Assembly: GCA_964187785.1 (NCBI GenBank)
Contig: OZ076409.1
Coordinates: 24,058,001-24,122,000 of the forward strand
From: Amphiscolops sp. MND2022
Lineage: Eukaryota
Direction: 5' to 3'
Length of the DNA stretch: 64,000 nt
The position numbers and the translations under genes were made by a program. Of the stretch, positions 26,201-38,207 are shown piece by piece (position 1 is the first letter of the stretch; each line of letters starts with the position of its first letter). The notes below the pieces were generated by a model, which was not told where the DNA came from, ran no database searches, and saw only the letters and a program-made list of their open reading frames with translations.

Positions 26201-27097
26201 CCGTCAATGAGTTGCTGAGTACCGTCCGAGAACTTTGCTTGATGGTTGCTCAACCTGCGACAGTTCCGGAATCATTTGAGTTGCACCGCTGGGCCAATTT
26301 TCAAATCGGAGATCTACGGTTAAGTGCAGCGAGAGAGTCACAGTTGTATCGGACTTTCGAAGCTCATCGTGCTCGTTATGCTTGTGGGGGGGGAGTATCG
26401 AGCGGCAGTTACCGTTGTTGAGGAGTTCCTGATCACCGTTGCTATGAACTTGCTACGGATGCCACAGATTTCTGATCAAGTCAATATGGCCCTAGCATGT
26501 TGGTGTCCTGATGTGCTGATGCGCGGAAGTGTCAATGAAATGGAGGAAACAATTGGCTACTTTCTTGAAGCGCCAGAGGGAAATAGTGTTATAGCTGGAG
26601 AAGAAAGAATTGCGATGTCTGAATCTTATGTACGCTTCGTCAGACAATTCCGAGATGACCAACCGAGTGAGTATACATCAGACGTCCATGATAGGTAGCT
26701 GTTGCAGTATGGAACTAACGATGCTAATTTGCGGCGAATGATGCAGTTGTCGTTGTGTTTGAGCGGCAGTGTAATCCAAAATGTTCAGATGGTCAATATT
26801 TGCTTGCCAGTTTTATCTTCAGAGTCACTGAGAAGTATTTTCCTGACAATCCTCAGTTGGTGTGAGGCCCGAAATGTGCGGGGTTTACAGAGTATCCCCG
26901 ATGGCTTAGTGATGGAAAGTAGCGAAGTGATTGGAAGATCGGAAGATTTACGAGACGTCACGCTAGGCAGTTTGTGGGATGAAATCGGCAGAGAGTCTCC
27001 TGATGGTTATCGTGGTGCAGTTTTGGAGCGGTTAGGTTTCACGTCGGATGGAGGAAGGGCTGCGAATCCGGTAATTGGCGGAGAGCATCGATTTTGA
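23232..27097 (+). pseudogene. Spliced antisense accessory gene of element A; Zn-finger, hAT-transposase-like, this copy disrupted
   Basis: GT-AG, phase-compatible exons: 23232-23271, 23345-23473, 23545-23639, ~23709-24097 (uncertain), 24366-24928, 25104-25589, 25703-25907, 26147-27097. Stops at 23389 and 26696, frameshift ~26390. Homologous to 49455-53629(-). Confidence 0.8.
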
Positions 27098-27328
27098 AAA
27101 CTATTTATTTCACACTTGTTTCTTCGTTGTTTTAACTTTGATTGAGTATTTACAGTATCATTAGAAAGTGCAAAGCACTAACATTTGTGTTGGGATTTTG
27201 CTATAATTGTTGTTCTTTTATTTTTGTACTTTGTGCTAAGGTTATTAGAGATTTTCTGAATTGAACATTTAGTTGGAGTTTTCGTGTGCCATAAGGTGGG
27301 AGTTAATTCGTAGGCAGGCTGATTAGGG

Positions 27329-28225
27329 AGATGAGAGGGCGGTGGAAAATTTCCATCGTTACTTCATCTGTAATTGCGTTTGTGTGTAAATTAGTATGAA
27401 TCCTTTGGATGATGAGTAAACGATAAAACATTCTCATCGTTTTCCCATCGCGGGGCTCAGTTGCATGTATTCGAAGTGTAGGTTACGAGACTTAGGTAGT
27501 TTTCATGTTAGGTTGTTATCAGTGATTAAGTGATGGGGAAACTCCATCTGTTATACATCGTGACTGTTGTTGTACTCGCGTGCGTGAAATTACATGTATC
27601 TTTGGATTGCATGAATAGTCTGAGTTTCATGTTAACCTTTCAAAGCGATTTGCACGCGATGAAGTATTTTCATCGTGTAGGCATCGATATAGAGGCTTAA
27701 GTGGGTTTTGGCGTTGAGATATAAAAGGTGAGTGGAAGAGTGGAGTATATCCATCATTCCATCATCGTTGGCTAAGAGTTGGTTCATTTGAGGTAGAAAT
27801 TCTAAAAGCGATGATTAACCGATGAAATTGTAGAGAGAAGGGAGGTGTAGAAGAGATGGAGAAATTCCATCTCTTTACATCGTGCTGTTATAAGTTTGTA
27901 GTCAAATGCGGTGGTTTGTCTAATTTCCATCTAGCAGTTGGTAATTAAATTTTTCATCAACTGAGCGTCGTTAATCAGATGTTGACACGAGGCAAAGCCT
28001 ACGGATAATCAACAGACAGGTCATGGAAACTCAGATTGTTTTTGTGGCATGGTCAGAGAGAAGGTTGGGATGAGAAAACGATGGATGTGAACCATCGTTA
28101 AACTCATTCGAATTTTATGTGTTTCTGGAAGCGATGTGCTGCCGATGGAAATGTTCCATCGGTTTTACATCGTTTCTGGTAATTTCACTTTTTCTTCACG
28201 ATGGGGTGTTATTTAACCATCGTTT
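27329..28225. promoter_or_regulatory. Array of phased palindromic CGATG/CATCG motifs in the element A spacer
   Basis: Example 28132-28172: CGATG-tgctgc-CGATG-gaaatgttc-CATCG-gtttta-CATCG; similar units start at 27329, 27410, 27646 and 28068. Regulatory function is inferred. Confidence 0.55.
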
Positions 28226-28266
28226 TGAAATGTGAGATTGTCGTTTACATGTTTTTCGGTTGTTTT

Positions 28267-31200
28267 CTACTGTAAAGTAGTGTTTGTTTTGCGTAGAGCG
28301 TTTCGAGCAGTTGAGATTTCATGAATTAGGAAGTCTGAGTAGCGTTTCGGCTGAGGGGTTTCGCGTAGACTATATTTGCTTTTATTTGTCCTCGTTGCTA
28401 TCAGATTTGGCGTTTCGTCATCGTTCACCTGTCGGGGTGTCTCGGTGTTGGCAGGTTTTGTTGATGGTTCTGTTTGTTTCGCTGTATCTGGAATGATTTC
28501 CTGTGGACTTATATCATCATTTTCGTTGAATTGCACCTGTGGGGCGTTTCGAGGCAGGTCGTCTATGATTATTTCCGGTTGTGGTGTTAACGACAGTCGG
28601 TTCGGTAGTCGGTTCAGTGGTCTGTCGTGTTTGATTGCCTGTCGATAATCTGGTGATTTGATTCGATTGACTCTTTCAACTGGTGTTTCTTCATCAGTTT
28701 CTGGTTCGTCCGAGTTGGAGTTTATGTTTGTTTGTGTGGGAATGTGGGAATCGAAAATATCAGAATCTTCCGTTCGGTCCGTGTCAGCGTATACTGGTTG
28801 GTTGCTGATTTCTACGTCTTCTACAGGGTATTCCGGTTTGAAGATTTTCAGTCGTATACGATGAACGCATTGTCTTTTGAACGTTCCTACCTTTCGTATG
28901 ATGTAATTACTGTCGGACAGCACTTTCATCACTTTGAACGGACGTTTCCAGTGGAAGGTCTTGAACTCTTCTTTGCAACCCTGAGAGTCGTATTTGGGGT
29001 CAAGTAGGAAAACAAGGTCGTTCACTTTGAGCGGTTGTGCTTTGGGGTTTCTGTCATAATAAGCTTTGTACTTGTGGTATGCAGCTACTATGTTGTCTGT
29101 GTTATTTCGGTAGATTTCGTTCATGCGGTTTAGGATCTGGTTGACGTCTCCAAACTTGGTGTCGACTCGTCTTTCAGGGTTGGAGTATTTTAGGTCCAAA
29201 GCGTTGTATGGAGTGCGTCCGTGAAAGATTTCAGTTGGTGAACATTTCAGAGAAGTGTGGTACGTTGTGTTATGGGCCATGATTGCTATGTCGACATAGC
29301 AATCCCATTGTGGTCTGTATACATTTACATGTCTTTTTAGGATCTTTTTAAGTTTTGCATGACTTCTCTCAACCATGCCTATGGTTTGTGCATGTTTTAC
29401 AGTTGCATGGGAGATTTCAATGCCTATGGCTTTGGTCAGTTGTTGGAATAGTTCGGCGGTGAACACGGATCCTTTGTCAGTCAGGATATGCGTTGGGACG
29501 TACGCGTGTTTGGCGAATCCCGACAGTAAAGCTTTAACTACGGATGGTGTATCGGGTTTTCGTAGCGGTACAGCAAACAAATAACGCGAGAATACGTCGA
29601 TTGCGGTCAGGATATGTGTGAATCCGTTTGATGCAGGCAGTGGTCCGACTATGTCAACTTCCATCAGATCAGAAGGGCCGTTACACGGGTCGTAAATTTT
29701 CTGTAACGGTGGACGGATCTTTGGTTCGTTGGTCGATTTCGATCGCATGCATGTTTCACAGCTTTCGAGTATTTTTTCAGCAAGACTTGGAGAGTAGTAG
29801 CGTTTGCGTAGTTCATGTAACTTCTTTTTAGAGCTGGGGTGTCCATGTACAGGGTTACTGTGTAAGGACCTTATTATTTCTAGCATGACTTGATCAGGTA
29901 CGACGATTTGTTTATGGGACTCAAGGCCAGTATGGTCATAAAAGATACGGTACAGAACTCCGTTTACATTTTCAAGGCGTTTTCGGTTTTTGTGGAGTTT
30001 TTGGAAAAACGTTGACATCAAGTTCACAGAGTGGGTTAGAATTGTTTCGCCAGACAAAATTTTTAACATGAGTTGAATGTCACTATCTGTTTTTTGGGTT
30101 AAAATTAGATCGACTCCCCCTTGGGGCTAACCTTTTTCGTTACCGGGTGTAGTAACGATGTTTTTACGATGAATCTAGTGTACTCTGGTAGGTGAGCGTC
30201 AGTCATTAGCTGGTAGATCTGAGGGGAGCTTGTGTGATCATTCTCAGAGGCCAGTGGTGTGGAGTGTACGTAGTTCATCGTCTTGTCATCGTCACCGTCT
30301 GTCGTCGCTGCGTCAACTGAATTCATCAGTTTGCCATCATCGATCGTCACTGTCTCAGAGTTGATCACTTTCATCGGTTTAGCATCGTGTGACCTCTTCT
30401 GTCTCAGTGTTTCGCTAGGAGGGAAGTAGTCTGGTTCGTCTTCCTCCTGTTTTGGCGTCTTCGAGGCGATTTCAATTTCTATGTGGTGTACTGGAATGGA
30501 ATCAGTTAATTTTAGATGAACACGTTCTTCAGGTCGAATTTCCAACCTGGAAAGGTAATCCGCTGCGGGATTCTCTACACCTGGTACATGTGCTAAAATA
30601 AAATTAAACTGAAGCGTCTGGTCGCAAAAAATCTAGAGTGACGGTGGTATGTGTTTGGCCTGAAAGAAACGGGTGAGTGCTTTATTGTCTGTCATTACAA
30701 TTATAGGTTTCTTTGCACCCCACAAAATGTGACCGAACTCGTCGAACGCGAAGTGCATGGCTAAAAATTCTTTAGCGTACATTGTTAATGACATCTGTCC
30801 ACCCTGAAATTTCTTAGAGCCAAAAGCAACTGGTGCGTACTTCTTCAAGCTACCCGATTGTGTTTCAGAGTAGTCTTCTGTTAAAAGAACATAACCTGCT
30901 GCGTGTTCACTCGCGTCACACATGATTATTAATTGTTTATCCGGAAGGGGAAGTTTCAATGACAGTTTAGTAGCCTTGAGTAAACTTTCGTTAATGTCAA
31001 AAATTACATCTTTGTCAACATACTGGGCACAGCGGTCCGCTTTGACCAAGGGGTCCAAGTACTCGCGGACTACGCTGATGAAGGCTGAAAGAGAACGGTT
31101 AAGACCTTGAGCTACTCTAAGAAAAGCAAAGGTACGGGATCCAAAGTTAAAAGACAAAAGTTGGATTGACTGCTCATCGGCCATAGGAATGCAATGGTAG

Positions 31201-33069
31201 GCCTGGGAACAATCAAGTTTACAGAAATATTTTTCCCGGCCATGTGTTGAGCAGCGTCTGAAACAGTTGCAACTGGGTGGTTATGTTCGCCGTAATCGTT
31301 CTTGATCAGGTGGTTGATTCTCCGCAAGTCAACTAAAATCCTTAGTTTACCATTCGGTTTGCGCTGAGCAAATATCGGTGAAGAGTATTTGCTGTAAGGA
31401 AGGGTAGTTATAATCCCGTACTCCTGCATTAACGCTAATTCTACAAGCAAGTCATCTTTTAGGTTAGTAGGGGTAGGGAGACTTTGGGAGTACACCGGTT
31501 CTTCATGCTGGGGTGTTAATTTTACTTTAAAATCAGTGTTCATGCCGATGTCTAAATGATGTCTAGCAAAAATGGAGTTGTACTTTACCAGCAACTCCTC
31601 TACCTGAGCTTGTTGAGACGGACAGAGAAGTGATTCCTCCCACTTGAAGTTTTGCAGGAACTTGACTCGTTCTTCATGGAAGTGGGTAGGATCGAGCTTC
31701 TCCAGTTCTCTGAGGGCCAGAATCTCATCGAAAATGCGTCGTTCGATCTTGTTGAGTTTGTCTGGCTCACTACACGTCTTTGGTGTCGGGTACCATTTTG
31801 TAGACTTCATCTCGGGGTTCACAAAGAGTTGATTGATCACTGCTGCTGCATCGTCGGGGTGATCGGTGATCAACTTCAGGTGTTCGACTGGCATCGGTGT
31901 GATGTTGGCGGCTTGGTGGGGCGTTGGTATTCTAAAGTTTGCTAGGTTGGTGTTGGCTTCGAGTGTGTACACGTGCTCATTGGGGTTGGTGACCTGAATC
32001 ATCGTTTTGCCATCGTCTAGGTCAACCACTGCTGGAGACACCAAGAGACACGTCTTGCGCATGAATACTGGAGTCCCTTCTACCGTGCCGGTTGTACGTG
32101 ATATGTCCGCGTCACTGTGGACCTCAATCAGTACTTGATGGTGGGGAGGGATGGTGGTTCGGCTGCTGGAATACAAATTAATTAATCCAGTTTTGAACTT
32201 TTCATTCGTCTGTTGTCTCACTTGCATTGACATCATGTGGTTTGGAAAGTGGACTAAATGATTTTTGATGTCAAGGTTGACCGAATATTTTTCAAAGAAC
32301 GACATTCCAATCAGGATTGTTCCCATTGTTGGGAGGACTAAAAAGACTTCTTCAAATACTTTTCTTGCTATAAAAAAGCGTAGAAGGACTTGGTTTCGAA
32401 TGGGGACCAAGCTTCCGTTAGCTATCTGAACTTTGAAGTTAGGGGGTGGTAATTCGTCTAGTACTGCTTCGGGATGAGCAGCAGTGATTTTGCGTAATTC
32501 TGCTTCCGAAAGTGCGCTTTGCACTGCTCCTGTGTCTAAAAGACCTTGGTTTTCGTAGCTGTTAAACTGGAGGGGAACAAACAACATCTTATCCTTTTTA
32601 TTTATATGTAATGTGGGACTAAGTACGTGAAAAGGATTATTGGTTGCATGTTTTTTAGTTTTGGTACTACTACTTTTGTCGTTTCCATGTGTTTTACTAC
32701 TAAGCCGTTTTGTCGATTTGTCATCGGTTGAGAGTCGGTTCGTCGGTTGTAGATGTGAGTACATCTCTTTGGCATCGTGCGCAGGCCTCAATGCGTCGTT
32801 ATGCCAGTTCATCGTTTGCTCATCGAGTGAATTTTCCAATGGAGTGAATTTAATTTGTTGGTAGTCCGCATTGGCTTCATCGGTTGTTCATCGGTTTTCT
32901 GGTTTCTTCGCAGATAGACTTTGTCTGCTTTGCTGGAATCACCAGAGGGCTGCCAAGACCTCTGGTGACGATTGCGTTGAGTTTGTTGAGTCGAGTGAGT
33001 TTTGGAGTCAGAGTGTGGTTGCGCACTTCGATTGTTCGCGGAGTGAAATTGTGGCTTTACTGAAAATCC
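28267..33069 (-). pseudogene. pol: pol of element A (protease, RT with deletion, RNase H, integrase)
   Basis: LLDTGA, YSSPIF..LRILVDLRRIN, MCDASEHA, integrase H..GH..C..C, DIVGPL, TDKGS, VERSH. Frameshifts and stops near 32850, 31225, 30633, 30105; RT deleted after YVD. Confidence 0.93.
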
Positions 33070-34540
33070 TGTTCTCCTTCTGAGGATGGATCTTCATCGT
33101 TGTATTGTATTTCTGTTTGGTTCATGGGGCGCTGTTGTTGTTTTAATTCTCGTCGTCGTTCTTTGTTCTCTTGTTCATCTGTTCGTTGATATGGTAGTTG
33201 TCCGTAGGGTGTGCTCGTTTGCTTTGGGATTCTTTTTCTGCAGTCCCTGGCTGAGTGGCCAGTATACCCGCAAATCTGGCATACCAGTTTTGGGTTGTAT
33301 TTTGGCTTATCTTCATCTTGCCGTTTGGTAGGTTGTATGGCGTCTGGTTTGTTAATGCCATTAGCTTCATCTCTTTGGCGTCCTCTGCATTCTTGTTTCC
33401 TGTGGCCTTGTTTACCACAGTAGAAGCATTTTCCATCGAACCGTTTGATGTCTGGATTGGGCTGAGATTGGTCGGAGCGTGTGAATTCTCGTTTAGGGTT
33501 ATCAGACATTTGGTTAAATGGCTGATATGTCGCTGCAGGTTGTTGTAGGACGTTCTGATATTGGTATTTTCTGAGTAGGTAGTTTTTGATTTCTTCGGGG
33601 CTGCTGTCTTCCTTGTTCGCCATTGTCAGCTCTTGTTGGATTTCGATTGGTAATTTCCCGAAGAGGAACATTTTGATGCATTTGTCAGCCTCGTCGCAGT
33701 ATGCTTGCTTGGCTATTTTCTTGAGGTTTTTTAGAAAATCTCCGAATGTCTGGGTGGTCGGGTCGTATTTGGCTTCATTCCATTTGTAGCGGGCGACTTC
33801 TCTCATATCTTCTTTTGCGAACTCTTTTCTGAATAGTTGCAGGACGTCCTGTAGAGTGGTGGTTGGGTTGATGGTGATGGTTCGCCAAAAGTCAATGGCT
33901 CCATGCGGAGTAAGCTCTGGAAGAAGTGTATTTTATCTTCCTCTGTGATCTTGTTGGCGATGGGTCGGAAATGGTTAAGTAAGAGGTGCTCGAATTCGTT
34001 GTATTTGTCTTTAGAGCCTCGGAAATTGGGAACGTGGGTTTGCAGGAGTTTCGTGTTTGTTTTCTGCAATTTCCTTGGTAGATCTTGGATGGCGTTGAGT
34101 AATGCGGTCTCTGTTGAGTTGCTTGGTGTGTCTTCGTAATCTTCTTCATCTTCTTCGTCATGGAAATAGTTGCGTTGGTTTCTGTGAGTCCTGTTGACTC
34201 CTGTCACCATGTTGGACGCCCGTACCGCGAACGAGGACGTTGCGGCATTGGTATCCGTTTGTCTATTTCTCTCCTCGTTTTGTTCTAGCAACTTTTCCAT
34301 CATAGCTTTCAGCATAGACATTTCTGATTGTAGGTGGCTAAATCTTTCATCATTTGCCCTCTGTAAATCTATCTCTGGACCTGATGAACTTTGTCTTGAT
34401 TGGGTTTGATTATCTACATTTTCGTTGTCATTTTCCATGTTGACGATTTGCTCCTCGTGAGTAAGTTCTGTTGAATCTGCTGAAAGAGTGCCAGTTAACG
34501 TTTTCCCGTTTCTCAAGGTTATTTGGGAATTAGAACTCAT
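33057..34540 (-). pseudogene. gag: gag of element A (one frameshift ~33900)
   Basis: ORFs 33803-34540 and 33057-33806; two CCHC knuckles, CFYCGKQGHRKQEC and CQICGYTGHSARDC. Confidence 0.9.
34197..34209 (-). other. Primer binding site of element A
   Basis: TGGTGACAGGAGT directly after the 5' LTR; identical in B; resembles the complement of a tRNA-Leu 3' end (tRNA identity tentative). Confidence 0.8.
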
Positions 34541-35983
34541 ACGATGAGAAAGAGATGATTGTTGTGGATAAGAGTTGAATTGTTGTAAGTTCGAGTAAGG
34601 TACGTATAAAGGGTAAGTAAATACAAGTACTTTTACAATGTAGCGTTAGTAAATCTTGTGTTGTCTCTCCGGTAGCCTTCCACCAGTTCGATGGTAAGAC
34701 TCAATTCTTACCATCGTTTCGTTCTTATTGGTTAGTTAGCAAGGTGCTAATTAGCACTTGGTCACTAAACCGGTTGTATCGCATGTCGCTGGAGGGCTAC
34801 CAAGCTGAAATTGCGCGCTGAATCTATTTGAACCAATTACTATGAATATTTAATGCATTCAAATTAGTAACTTGTAGTAAGCATCGTCTGAGTCACGGCA
34901 AGTGTCGAAATCACATCAAAATGGGGTACAATCCAGCTGTGGGCGGTTAAATCAACTTTAAACAAGTATGATGTAAAAACGATGAATCAATAGCGCTAAT
35001 TTAACTGGAGATACGGGATTCAGTAGTTTTGTCGTTTTGGCATCGTTTCTACTAGTTGATTCTGTTTATGTGGCTGTGGATGCAGGAATGATGAATGAGC
35101 TTTGTTCTAGTGTTAAAACGATCAACTAGATGTGAAAACGATGAAATGAGTAGTGGGGAGAGCACTGTGCATCGTTCAGGAGTGGTTACATCGCTTTACC
35201 ATCGTTATTGGTGAATTTTGATTATAGATGAGAAAACGATGAAAGATTTCCATCGCTTTTCCATCGTTCCTGATTTTGGCACTGTTTTCAGGTCTTGGAA
35301 GCGTGATTCAGCTCTAGATGAGAAAACGATGAAAGATTTCCATCGTTTATCCATCGTTAGCTATTTTAGCACCGTTTTCAGGTTTTGGAGGCGTGAGCGA
35401 TGTACAAATGATGAAACATATGGTAACAAGTATTCAATCAAGTAGTTTCATCGCTTTTACATCGTGTTTCAATTCTCTCGTTTTCTAGCGTTCTGGTCAC
35501 AGTTAGGCGATGTAATATGGATGAAATTTGTTAGATTGAGTCAAATTATGAGTTCTAGCACCAATAACATCGTTATTTCATCGTTTCGTGTATTTCAAAG
35601 AGAGGAGGCTTGCCACGCTAGTTTCCTCTGAGGCGGGAATTCCCTAGCGAGTGTTCAATCTCGTCTATTTGTCATGGCGGTCCAGTTTGACCGAGAAACT
35701 ACTTTCTTTCCTCGTGACAAGCCATTAAATGTAGAATAGCATCATTTGCTTATTAGCACAATCACTAATTGCGGACAAACGGAACTAGAATGCTCAGTAT
35801 TAATTAAATAAATAGCTCAAATCTCACTGGTGAAAATAGGGGGTTAAGTACAAGTAACGTAGGGTTGCTCACAACCATGGACCTTATTATATGACATCAT
35901 ATTGCCCATATCTAAGTACATAAGACATAATATTTACATTACAGATATTTAGTAGATTATATTTTCATCATGCTGGCATGACA
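34210..35983 (-). repeat. 5' LTR of element A
   Basis: Direct repeat of 20490-22272; minus strand reads TGTCATGCC...GTCCAACA, then the PBS. Confidence 0.95.
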
Positions 35984-37754
35984 TTGGTGGTAACCACCTG
36001 CAATGAAATTTTGGTAAAACTCATAGCGACTGGGTGCATTTAAAATAGGAACTGTTCTTCAGTAGACCTGTAAAACTTCAAGATGCCGCCAAACCTCTGA
36101 TGAATCATTCAAGCAGCTTGATAAAACTCGAATACAACCGGGAAGAATTTCAGTATGGAGCTTTAGAAAATCATAATAAAAGCTGTTGGTAACATTGAGG
36201 TGCATGCAAAATGTTCAAGCAAATTCAACAAATGCGGCGAAAAATCCAAACCGTAATGAATTTTTAAGTATTCATTTTATAATGTCGAGAAGCAAAAATG
36301 TCTCAAATTTTGATTATCTTTTCATAGATGGGATGTCATTTTTGATTTCTAATCAGGAAGTCACTCGGCATTTTTGTGAGTTCTATTAACTTCGTACTCT
36401 ATTTAACTTAGAAAACGATTGATACACATGCACAAAATAAATCGTAGCCTTATATCTGAACGTTATATCTGAACTATATTGCGTTTTACTGAAGAGGAGG
36501 CCGAGGTTCAAAAAAGTGCTCCCATGTGACCCAGCACGGTATATCTGAACCTTTGATGTTATATCCGAAGTAAATTGCGTTCTACTAAGGAGGATGCGGA
36601 GGTTCAAAATTTTGTGCTATTTGAATTTTTGACGTTATAACCAGAGTAAATGTCGACTTTTTTCCGAAAAAAGTTTAATTCCGTCAAATGGTACCCCTTC
36701 ACTTTTTCAAAGCGTTTTGCGAAATTAGAGGGTCTTATTCCGGGTTTTTCGGCTTGTTTAACGTTTAATTATGGAACTGTTCCGGAAATTTTTTTTCGGG
36801 AATTAGTACCGAAACTTGGGCTCAAAAACAACACTTAAAACTTTACTTCGTAAAAGTTTTGTTTCAACGGAAAACCATTAGTTTTGGCTGCTTTTTAAAT
36901 GTATGTGACTCCAGAAAACTTGTTTGAGTCAAGGCTACAAAATTGGGTTTTGGCAGTTTTCTTATGATCATAATCGTACGAAATAGTACGAGGAAGTTAG
37001 AAAGATTTCAGGACTTTAAAATAATAACAAATTGTACTTTCGTCATTTTGATTTCAAAAAAGTCAACGCTAAAAGTAATTCTGATCGAATTGTGAGATAA
37101 TTTTGTTTATGAGACCCTTTCGTCAAATGAAATTTCGACCGTGGAATTTGCTGTTTTTAGCTGTTTAATATCACTCAGCTTTGCCCAGAAAATGCCAACT
37201 TCGAACAATTGAAAACCCGTTTAAAAATTTCGAATTTTGAACCGAACAATTTGGTCATCATTGTTTGAGTCAGGAGTTACTCTGATTCTGATTTGCTGAT
37301 CTAAAGAGGTCGAGTGTTGAGCACGCCAACAGATGTTTAAACTTTGGATGGCTTCATTAGCTCGATTACACGTGGCTTAATTGACTTTTAATATGAGCTG
37401 ATCTGTGCGAAACTAGCTTGATTGATGATGCTAGAAACCAATTTGAACAATCAAGTTGACAACGTCAATAAATGTCCAAAGTCTTTTCTCTGTTCCTCCC
37501 CAGCTCTTAATCTTTCAGCCGAGGCAAAATTAGTTAATGCGACTCCGCGGTAGGGCTGCTTGGCAATTCAGAAGACTCGATCAATTAGCTGATCCTGCTA
37601 ATTAAAAACTTATCATTTTTCTTGTCAGCATCTTTATCATTAGAAACATTATCATGTCTTTATTGACGAATAAAAATAGTTTCATGACAAACTATCATGA
37701 AAACAAGTAGGCCGAATTGAAGTGAACTCGGTTTTTAAAAATCGAAACAAGGAT

Positions 37755-38207
37755 TAGGGCTGTGCAATTATCATTTTTTCGAGTTCGGCGGTTATCGGTC
37801 GGTTATTTAAAAACTCGGTCGGTTATCGGTTATCGGTCGGTTATTTATAAACAAATGTGAACAAAACAGTAATTTTCAACTTCAGTTTTGAACAATTTAC
37901 TTAATACAACTTCTCAAAAAAACAAGTTCGCGGAAAGTTTCTTTGCGTGGTGATGTTGCCTGAATCGGACCAATGTCGTTCACTAAGAACTGCTGTAGCT
38001 GGTATTCCAAGTAAAAACTGGGCCTTTACACTTAAAAAAGGAAATACTATGTCTTTTTTCTTTCCAGTAAACTAGTTTTTCTTTCCAGCTTCAATCTAAT
38101 TGGTTGAGCGAATTAACCGAAGTCGGTTATATCATAAGTCGATCGGTTTCGGTTATTGACAACTTCGGTCGGTTAATCGAATTCGGTCGGTTAATTCCAC
38201 AGCCCAA
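37755..38207 (-). mobile_element. hAT transposon deletion derivative
   Basis: TIRs TAGGGCTGTGCAATTA / TAATTCCACAGCCCAA; perfect 8-bp TSD ACAAGGAT; subterminal CGGTCGGTTA repeats; minus-strand remnant FPFLSVKAQFLLGIPATAVLSERHWSDSGNITT of the hAT dimerisation domain. Confidence 0.88.

Larger units (their letters stand above)
20490..35983 (-). mobile_element. Full-length Ty3/gypsy LTR retrotransposon, element A (15.5 kb, defective)
   Basis: Two ~1.78-kb LTRs with TG..CA ends; 5-bp TSD TTGGT (20485-20489, 35984-35988); PBS; gag followed by PR-RT-RH-IN. Confidence 0.95.

Noticed and set aside
23232..27097. Extra region interpreted as an env gene
   Set aside because: Wrong strand, intron-containing, with no evident signal peptide, furin site or TM anchor; the hydrophobic stretches in the ORF track fall in predicted introns.
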